Positions 54,072-64,000 of a stretch of DNA of 64,000 bases are shown piece after piece. The translations under genes and the position numbers were made by a program. The stretch's first letter is position 1. Each line of letters starts with the position of its first letter. The DNA is taken from NCBI GenBank assembly GCA_001643675.2, contig LSRY02000018.1, forward strand, positions 1,364,001 to 1,428,000, written 5' to 3'. Below the pieces are notes generated by a model that did no database searches, was not told the origin of the DNA, and saw only the letters and a list, made by a program, of their open reading frames with translations. The stretch comes from Monocercomonoides exilis PA203. Lineage: Eukaryota; Protista; Preaxostyla.

Positions 54072-57000
54072 TCATTCAAATGTGCTGTATCCACTCACAA
54101 CACTTCCACTTTGTGCATCTCCACTTTGTGCACTTCCACTTTCTCTTTTGCCTCTGTCTGTTGTTTCCTCCAGCCCGATTGCATCAGACACTGTCAGAAC
54201 AGCACAGCCAGCCGGAAAATGACTGATGAATGCCCGCTTCAAGTCTGTGAGTGTTGGCCTGGTGTGCTGGTCCATTGACAGACAAGCGATGATTGCTTTC
54301 ACACCATCTGGCGAGCCTGCCTTCGCAACATCTGGCCTCTCCCCATTCGCTATCTTCTGTCCCGCCACTTCTGCTGGATACTCCCCAAACGGGATCTCAA
54401 GTGTCAGACACTCCCACAGCATCATCCCTATCGAAAACACAACAGACTTCTTTGTTGCTCCCATCTTCCTGTTCATCAGCAATTCTGGTGCCATCCACCT
54501 CATGCACTCTTTCTTGTTATCATCTTCATCCTCAAATGCTGATGAAGGAAGGGAGTCACTATCATCATCACCATCATCGTCACTGGCAGATGTCGCAACT
54601 GTTGATGAAGAGATGGAGGATGAATCTGAATCATCGGATGATAGGAAATCAGAGTGCATCACAACGCAGATCACCATGTGTTCGGAGAACAATACAATGT
54701 GAGGACTCAGATTGGCTAATGATTGAAGTGGGTTTTCCATTTCATCAAACGAGTGAAGAGCAAGATTAGCCACCCAGAACAAGATCTGGGCAGCTGTTTG
54801 CTCCCTCTCCTGAAGAGTGCCAATTGCCATTTCTTTCTTCTCATTTCTTCCATGAAGCAGCATGAACAATGAATCTCTCAAATCCACAATCAGCTTCTCA
54901 TGTGGTGATGAGCATGCCATCGCATCCACCAGATTGGACATTGAAGAGGTGGTTGGACACATATCCTCCATTCGAACAAATGTTGAATCTGAATCAGTTG
55001 TTGAAGTAGTTGAAGTTGATGAAATAGATGGTGATGGTGTTCTCTTCCTTATCTCTTCTTCCTCATCTTTCTCCAACATCCATTGAGGGATCTTGTCTGA
55101 ATCTTTCCCTAAAATATATTCAGTTGATCCGCTTTCAGAAAGAAGATGCTCTGATGACTCCGAATGCTGCATATTTGAATCATATATTCTCTTCTTGATC
55201 CGCTCTTCATTCTTCTTCTCTGCCTCCCTCTCTGCTCTCCTCCATTGCTCCTCAGGCGACATTTCCATCGTCACCATCTCAAATGCCTTCGGATCTTTTC
55301 TGATGTTATCATTCACTATCTCTCTCAAATCTTTCGCTTCATTCTTTGCCTTTCTCCATCGAACAGCCAGAATGATAACAATTACAAACAGAAGCACAAC
55401 AATCACAATACAAACAATCACAATCAACAGCCAATAAGATTTCCCTTCTTTCCCTCCTTCAACAATTCTTCCATCATCTTTAATATTTGTTTCACTTGCA
55501 TTCTTTAGAATGAATGAATTTGTTGATGAAGGAGATTCTGAATTGCCAAACAAAACACAAACACTCACCTCTATTTCATTTCCACAGCTGCTGATAAGAT
55601 TTTTCTCCACATTTCCTTCAACTTTTCTTTCTGAAAGGAATCCCTTTGAATCAAAATCATAATGTTCAATCTCTTTCTCTTCTCCTTTTTTCTTCACAAC
55701 TGAGAACGACAAATTGCATGGAACAAGAAGCATTCCTTTGAATGTCAGCTTCATTCTATATGCCTCTTCTTTTGCTTCCACACACTCCAGAACAGGAATG
55801 AAAAATGATGAATCCCTCTCAGAAACAATCCCTTCAAAATTGCACCCATCATTCAACATCCAAAGAGATGTATTTCTCTCCAATCCATCTCCACCTTTCA
55901 AACTCATCACATTCAATGTTCCTGAATCTGAGCAGATGATATTTCTTCTCAGTGATGGATATCCTTCAATTGATGGATTATTATTTGAAAAATTTCCTGC
56001 TTCAATTATCATTTTTCCTCCACTCATTGTTATTCCACCATCTGGAGAATTTGCAATTGTTGTGTCTTTCATTTTCACGGAACTCTTCACAACATTCACA
56101 AGAGATCCATTCCATTTGCATATCTCATCCGTTCTGTCGTTTCTTCTCGATTCTTCTTTTGCTTCATTTCCCAAATCTCCAAAGAAGTTGCAGGAATCAA
56201 AAATTGCATCAACACTATTATTAACGAACACAATCGTCCCTTTCTCCTTTGAGCTCAAACATTTTCCAAACGAACAGTTCGACAAGCCAACTTTCTTTGC
56301 CGCATTCTGGATTTTCGCCACACTTCCACTTCTTGAAATTGTGATGTTCTCAGCATCCAATTCCTTCAATTCCACTTTTGCGGTGTCCCCAATTTCAATC
56401 ACGTTTCCCTCTGATTTCAAATCATCAATTCTTGTTTCTGAAATGATTGCTTTCGATTCCCCAATGAACTCCATCAACGGCACTCTCAATTTCATTCTCG
56501 TTACCACACATTTGTCCATCTCCAGTTCTCCTCCTTCAACTGACATCACAATGCTTTTAATCGCTAATTCAGATGTTGATGATAAGAATTCACACTCCCT
56601 CATCATGGTTGTCCCATTCTTCACTTTCATAATGCATCTGTGATTTGCTTCAAAGAGCTCTCCAAACTCATGCACACATCTCTCCACAACACACTCATTC
56701 ACAAACACAATCACGCTCCCTTCACTTCCCATCTCTTGAATGGCTTCATTGAAATGAATTGTTCCCTTCGCCTTCTTCATTGACTTCACACACAAATCTC
56801 CAACAACACATTCACCTCCAATGTCTCCTTCTCCATCAATCCAAATAACATTTCCCACACCTCTTTGGATGTGACTCACACTGCAACTGACACTTTTGCA
56901 CGGATTTGTCTGCGCTCCACACTGCCTATTGTTGCTCCCATTTACTGATATAAACACTTGCTGCCCAAAGAAGAATGTGATAAATGGGATCAGATTAATA

Positions 57001-60000
57001 TCAGTCTTTCCCTCCCCATCACTCCCACATATCGAGTCCTTCCCCCTCAGCGCTTCCTGGTCGAAATCCAGTCCAAACAGTCTTTCATTGATCTGCGAAG
57101 CAATCGAATCACATCTGATAAACACATCCTTCCCAATGAATGCATCATTCATCATAAATCGGATGTTCTCCAATCTCAGCCCAAGTGGAGGCATTTCTGT
57201 GTTTGTATTCTTCACGTTCGGATCAAGTGCATCAATCATCATCCCTCCTCCCCTTCCATTCACTGTCGAACATGCACACATCCCTAATGAACATCCACTC
57301 ACTTTCAACTCCGACACTCCTCTCTTCAACAGCATCTTCATCCCTCCTCCTTCCACACTCTTCTCACTCATGCACTTCGTCATAGCACATCCTTCAACAA
57401 CACACTCCATCCCAGCTGAGAACGATCCTGCACTCATCACACATGCCCTGTTCTCCAAACATGTGATGTTAGCAAACGAGGAGCAATTCACTTTCACTGT
57501 TTGTTTTGTGTTCTCCATTGCATTGTTGATCAGCATATCTGTTGCGGATGGCTGACTCAGTGATATCAGAGTGTTTTCATATATCGTTGTGTTCGATATC
57601 GACATGTTCATCACATCAACGGTGTTCACATCTGTTGTGAATTCCACGAACCCTTTCGCCAACAGGAACTGAGAAAGGGTGCAATCCTCAATCACTATTC
57701 TCCCTCCATCTGCTTTTATCAAGCAATAATTCACTTTCATTGTTTCATCCTCACAAGCAAATGAGCACCTCACAACTGAAAGTGTTGCAGAGGAGGATGA
57801 TAATGAATGAATGAATGACAAATGCATCCCTAATTCATTTGGAAGAGAAAATGAAATATTAATGAATGAAACAATAATATTCGACGAAATCATCCCCTCT
57901 CCTTCTTCATCTTTATCCATTCCTCCATCATTCACTTTCAGATCTGTTCCTTCTCTCTCTCCCTCAACTGAAACAATAGGAGTGGTTAATGATGATGATG
58001 ATAGCAGTGACATTGATTTCTGAAGCAATCCTGATCCGACTATTTTGATGTGTGATTTGCATTCTCCAAGTGTTGAATATCTCAGTGATATCAAGTGGTC
58101 AATCGATAAACATGGAGCTTCAGAAAACCCACACCCACTGAAGTCTCCTCCTTCATCTTTCGAAACAAACCCATTCCCGCTCCAATTATCCCACAGATAA
58201 ACAACCAGTGGAATCACATATCCCCCTTCTCCTGTTGTCTTCCTCTCCCATCCACACAACTCATCCAATGATCCCAACTCCTCTGAACTCATCTCCCATT
58301 TGAAGTGCTCCTTGTTCACGATCTCTCTCAAATCCCACCCTGAAACAAACATGTTCTTCCCTTTCCACCCATCACATCCCTCAAATGTCATTCCTTCCAA
58401 AACAAATGCTCCCATTTGATCCGGCAGCTTCATAAACATTCCTCCTCCAATTCCTCTTCCTCCTTCCTCTCTATCCTCTGTTGGCACTTCACATCCTGAT
58501 AAATTCACATTTTTCATTTCCAAACTTCCTTCACTTCCAATTGATATCATCATCCCTCCTCCTTTCATCCCACTTCCACCCGAGCATGTTGTGGATATAT
58601 TGCTTTCTTCAACCTTTGCACTTCCTCCTTCCATCATCACAATATTCAAAAATCCCCCTCCTCCATTTCCACTTCCACTTCCTCCAGTCATTTCCACTCA
58701 TTCTGCTGTTTGATATCTCCAATTCAGCTCCATTACTCATCGTTATTGGTGATTTCCCATTCATTGTCAGTGTCACTCCGCTTTCCATCACAAATCCATC
58801 AACAATCAGATTCCCTCCTGTCATGTCAATGATGTTGTATCCTATCTTTCCATTGGTCAATGCCCCACTCTCAAATGAGATTGAACAGTTCGTCACACTG
58901 AGTGTTGATGTTGAATGGATGAATGCACTTCTCCTTGATTTCAACTGACCTTTCACAACAAATGAAAGTCTCCTCATCGCCAGTGAACTCGAACATCCAA
59001 CGAGCCATTCTTGTGAAGCTGATCCTCCATCACTCACATTCACTTGCATCCTCTCTCCCTCTTCCGACGATGATGATTCTATTCTGCCTGAAATTATCAC
59101 ACAAAATGAAGATATAGCAATTTCATCCTTTATTGAAGAAGATGTGACAACCTCTATTTCATTTGAACTTTCACTCAGTCTTGAGTTCGCACAATAATCA
59201 ACTGTCTGGCACCTGAATGCATCATATCCACAATGATTATGGTCCTTCCCATTTCCTCCACTCCCATCAACAATCACTTTTGTACCCATTGAACACAAAT
59301 ACACAAACAGTGGAATCACTTCACTTTCTTCCCCATTTTCATTCCCACTCAGCTTCAACACATCTGATGGAATAGCGCTTGTATCAAAAAAAGCAAATGA
59401 GCTTTTATTCACTTTTGACTCAAGAAACACACCGCTTCCACAACTCACAAACACATCCTTCCCATATGAGGCCTTATTCTCAATCACTTTCGAAAATTCA
59501 ACATTCTCTCCAATTGTCAATCCACATCCCCCACTCTCCATCTCCACAAACATCCCTCCTCCTCTCCCTCCATTTCCTTCAATTCCCACTGCAATGCATC
59601 CATCAATCACACTTATTCCATTCATCACAACTTCACCATCATCTGTCAAACAAACACAAATTCCCCCTCCATTCCCTTCCTTGCACACACAATTTTCGAT
59701 CGACACATTCTGCACAGAAAATTTCTCTCCTCCCTTAATACTCTTTTCCACCACGACTCCATCTCCTTCATACCGATTCACATTTCGAACTGTCACATTC
59801 ACTAGCATACTCTCTCCAGATGTTGATCCTGCTGATGATGGTTCAGCAAACAGTTGCTGAGATATTTTTATGTTTTTTATCTCAACGTCACTCATCCTCA
59901 ATTGCGACAGAGCCATCACAAATACAGATGAAGATATTACGCTCTCTTCTGATATTGAAGAATTGATCAGAACATCCTCCAGTGAAAGCGCCCCACTCCC

Positions 60001-62205
60001 AGACGAAACGACAAATACATTCGGTGAAAAATCTCTTGTCGTGTTGTGATCGATACCCAAATGTTGAACATTCAGCTGCCCACTCTTCACACTGAACAGT
60101 GTTGTTGAAGATACAGAAAGCGATTTTGTTCCAATCAGACTTTCTTCTCTTCCATTCCCCACAACACTAATTATCTTATCTCCGATGTCAATTGTTGAGA
60201 TTTCGCTTTGATGTTTCCCACTAAGGACTGTGGTTGTCGAGCTTGATTGCATCAAACTCACAAAAACAACAAACCCCACTGTTTTGCACGGCACTGCCTC
60301 GCTCATCCCACACAAACTCCTCGTGTCGTCTCCATTTTCCCCAACATACCGATCCTTTGGCCCTTCATTTAACCACCATTTCTTTTCAGTCATTTGAAGA
60401 CTACTCCCATTGAAACACACTCTCTCATCATTTGTATTTGTCGTGTACGATTCATAGAACGGATTGCTTGACGAAAAGAGGTTGTTATCATCTTCGAAAT
60501 ACACATCATGGCCATATGGAGTGGAACTTGTGCAATTGCAATTGTGAAAAAAGATGAAATAGCAGTAATGACTGTTGCTCGAAACTGTTGCCATCTGTGG
60601 GTCCAAACACAAGCCTCCTCCATTTGACGATGCATTGCATGAAATGAATCGAATGCTCCTCATTTTGAATTGATTGGGAATATTGCGGCAACGAAGACCT
60701 CCACCATTATCATTCACAACAAAACATGAAGTGAAGCTGCAGTAAAACACACATGCACTCTCGCCTCCTCCGTTTTCTGATCCAATGCAGTTAGTTTCTA
60801 AAACCTGAAATCCATCAAGATTTATCCCTCCTCCATAGCTTTTTGCTTTGCAACTCTTGAATTCGCATCCGCTTATCCGAACGCACTCTGAAATTGTAAA
60901 TACATACATTCCTCCTCCAAAATGGTTTAGAGCCGTGCATGAGTTGAATGTGTTGTATTCTATATGAACAGATTTCACGCGATGAATCATTACTCCACCG
61001 CCACGGCTGAATGCAAAGCAATTATTGAGTAAGCAATGTGAAACAGAAAGTTCTCCAGAACTTTGATTACACATGCAGATTGCTCCTCCACTCGAAATTC
61101 CATCAGAGATGGAATCGCTTTCTCCAGTTGTGCTCGATCCGTTCCACTCGCACCAAGTGAATGTGTTTGCTTCATTGCCTGTTATGTTCTGTCTCCCTGG
61201 CTTAAATGGAACCTCTGCAGTTCCATTAATATTAACATTTCTTGTCCTTCTATACTCAATAAATGAGGTGTTTGACGCAGTCAAAGATGCAAAGGGGTTA
61301 TTGATTGAAGGAACAATTCCCCCATCATATACATCACAGACTGATGAAAATGAGCAGTCATTGATCAAAGTGTTTGATCCACATCGCAAAGAAGAAAAAA
61401 CAAATCTGTGTGTTGGAGCTGTTGAAATATTGGAGAAAAACAAATTAGTGAGTGAAACACTCTCAACATTTGAAGAAGACAGAAATGGAGGTGAAGAAGT
61501 CTGGAATGAAGAAAATCCAGATGAGAAAATTGAGACATAACTGGAAGACTGGATTTCTGCTGCACTCAATTTTGTGGAGAAAAGAGGATGCATTTGAGTT
61601 TGTTGTGAATTCCAAAATCGAAGTGTCAGGTTTGCCAACAATAATCGACTTCCACACAAATCAAATGGGCTTATTCCATTTCTGACTTCAAAACAGCACC
61701 CGATGACCATTGCAACACTTTCAATGCCTAAGGTTATTGAATTTGTATTTCCATTTCCTATCAAATCCAGATTCGCACACGAAAGAGACGAGTTACTCAC
61801 AATAACATGGCTCATCACTTTGCTTTCTTCAAGGCCCATCAAAACACTCTTTCCATTGCGGTCATAAACATTTTGTGCACCTCCTTCAATTGAGATAATA
61901 TTACTGTTTGTGTTTGTGTTTGGAGATTCAATTCTGTTGTTTTGATTCTTTCTCCATTTACCTTTCCATTCCACAGGCTCATCGTATTCAGAATTATTCT
62001 CGTTGCATTGAACTTGAATATGAGTTTTCTTTGCATTGGAACTATTTTCAGTTTCCATTGAAGTCATCTGGGCATCTGCAGGAATTATTTGCAAAAAATT
62101 CGAATCAGAAATTATTCCAATTTTGTCTTTTGTGGCATCTTCGTGAAAGCAATGTTCGCAAATGACATTCCCCAAAATAGCTGCGATAGCAATCAATAAA
62201 TTCAT
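54072..62205 (-). pseudogene. Giant type-I membrane receptor with TKL-like pseudokinase; frameshifted (paralog B)
   Basis: Signal MNLLIAIAAILGNVIC from ATG 62205. ORFs 58609-62274 and 54072-58697 overlap with a frameshift at about 58697 (SRMSG|VEMTGG). TM YWLLIVIVCIVIVVLLFVIVIILAVRW. The C-terminal region is nearly identical to paralog A. May be intact if the shift is an assembly error. Confidence 0.8.
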
Positions 62206-62250
62206 TTTGCTGTGCAAAATGGACTTTCTTTTTTCTTTTTTTGATCGATT

Positions 62251-62274
62251 ATTATAATGGGTCATATTGATCAT
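62251..62274 (-). promoter_or_regulatory. Candidate upstream motif (TGACCCAT core), second copy
   Basis: Matches 11103-11127; about 46 nt upstream of ATG 62205. Confidence 0.4.
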
Positions 62275-63399
62275 TATAAATATAATCAGATTTTCAACTG
62301 AAAATTGATTTATATTTCATTTCATTCCTTTCGCAATAAAAATGAAGAAAATAAATAGTGCATGTTGATGTTTGTTCTGATTACTTCATTGTTTCAGAAA
62401 TCTTCTCAAAATACGTTCCTTTTCGAAGTATTTATTTCAGAATAATGATGATATTTGAAAGACTTCGGAATATTGAATGAATTATTTCTTTTGTTTTTGT
62501 TTCCATTTCACAACAAAGAAATCCTTTGAAGCAACTCTCAAAGAAACTTATTTTTCATGAAATCCAATTCTCATTTTTCCATGTTTATTCTTCAACTTCT
62601 TTCTTTTTAATAATTCTCAACGATATGGTTGGTATCCTCTTTCCATTGAAAAAGTGTCTCTTCCTCAATAAGAGAGGAAATATTTTGCTGCATCTCACGA
62701 ACAGTTGTTGATTTTCTAAAAGAACATAAAAATTGCTTCAGCAAAAAGAATAAGCAAAAACTAAGGATTCATCAACCACGTCCCAAATGCTTCAAACATT
62801 TTGTGCTTCCTTTCTGAAAAGACGTGAAATCCGAATTCTCAGTCACCTGAACTTGAAATAACTGAATAACAGAAAGAGATGATTTTGATTGAAAAAAAGG
62901 CAAAAGAGAAATAATTCATAGAAATCCAATGCGCAAAAGAAGATGCGATAGAAAAAATATTTGTTTGAGTTTTTCACTCATGAAAACACAATGTGACGGT
63001 TATTGATGTGTTTTTTCGTTCTTCTATGAATACATGACCAAAAGAAACGGATTGTGAAAATTGGTTTGCCTTTTCATATTTCTTTATAATATTAATACTG
63101 AATATTGTAATGTTTGAATGCTTTGAAGAGATTTATATGGAAAGCACAAAACAAAAAATCGATCAAATATTTCTGCCCATATCAAAATTTTATTATTTTT
63201 GATTGAAAAAAGATTCTTTTTTCGAAGGGCAACAACGTGTATATTTTCATGACTTTTTCTTTTTATTGAAAATTTCATTTGGAACCTTTTTTGCTCTCAA
63301 ACTTACAAAAATCTGGTGCGCAACTGCCATTGTGTTTGTTTCTTTTTCGAAAGCCACCTTACGAGCCTTCACCCACTCAACAAACACACGTGATACTCT

Positions 63400-64000
63400 T
63401 TCCGATGGGAACAAGGAAGTTGATGAAACTTTGAATGAAATGTCCAAAACCTTTGATGAAATGAATTTGAAAGATAAATTGCTTCGTGGTGTATTTTCAT
63501 GTGGTTTTGACACACCATCTCTTGTTCAGCAGATAGTCATAAAGCCAATAATTTGAGGGCATGATGCTTTCATACAGACTCAGTCAGGACAGGGAAAACA
63601 TTTTGCTTAATTGATTGCTTGTTTGCAGATTGTGGATCCTTCTCTGCACTTCATCCAAGCAGTGATTATTTCTCCAAGTCGCAAATGTGCATCGGGTGAG
63701 TTTTGAGTGTGTGCACTTTTATGTTGTTATACACAATAATTTCGCTTATTTCTTTTTTTTCAGGCAATGAAGGGACTTGCAAAATACATTGGGGGAATCC
63801 ACATTTATTGCATTTTCGATGAGGACCATGTTCACGAAGCTACACGAAAAGTTCCTGAGACGCCTTAGCACATAATTATTGGAAGGCCCGAGATTGAAGC
63901 GAAGATAATATATTCTGAGGTTATTGATGTTTGGCATCTGCGAATCTGTGTGCTTGATGGAGCATATACATATCTTTCAAAAGGGTTTAATGTTATGAAA
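63400..64000 (+). pseudogene. eIF4A-like DEAD-box helicase pseudogene (runs off window)
   Basis: FDEMNLKDKLLRGVFSCGFDTPSLVQQ (Q motif), PII*GHD, QSGQGK (decayed motif I), IISPSRKCA (decayed PTRELA). Stops at 63554-63556 and about 63608; intron about 63696-63763; later frameshifts. Confidence 0.85.

Overview
AT-rich eukaryotic genomic DNA with short (about 50-110 nt) GT-AG introns, read with the standard genetic code. The gene families and intron style suggest an oxymonad such as Monocercomonoides (inference, not verified). The window has three zones. (1) Both ends carry a giant (about 2,550 and 2,700 codon) type-I receptor gene with a variable beta-helix/Cys-rich ectodomain and a near-identical C-terminal TKL-type pseudokinase. 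Each is broken by one frameshift, and a third decayed fragment lies at about 1.1-1.5 kb. (2) 12.8-24.0 kb is a dense DNA-transposon nest. It holds at least eight TIR/foldback elements, most in one of two classes (TA-flanked Tc1/pogo-like, or GGG..CCC termini with 4-bp AWWT duplications), and a 1.16-kb near-perfect palindrome. A 5.3-kb TIR-bounded unit contains a decayed intron-bearing pogo transposase plus a decayed host-like gene. A young 698-bp foldback ends 4 nt upstream of a tRNA-Val(AAC) gene. Several elements abut at a shared TA. (3) 24.7-52.3 kb is a core of spliced genes: an RPGRIP1L-like ciliary protein with a long Glu-Gly tail head-to-head with Rab11, a membrane-anchored CGFC thioredoxin, a secreted PFG-repeat protein, a 2,149-aa E/K-rich protein with 11 copies of a helical repeat I do not recognise, an ELAPOR/KIAA1324-family receptor, a 2-TM protein, a lineage-expanded helical protein and a NEK-like pseudokinase. 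An eIF4A pseudogene runs off the right edge. All identifications are by eye; no searches were run.
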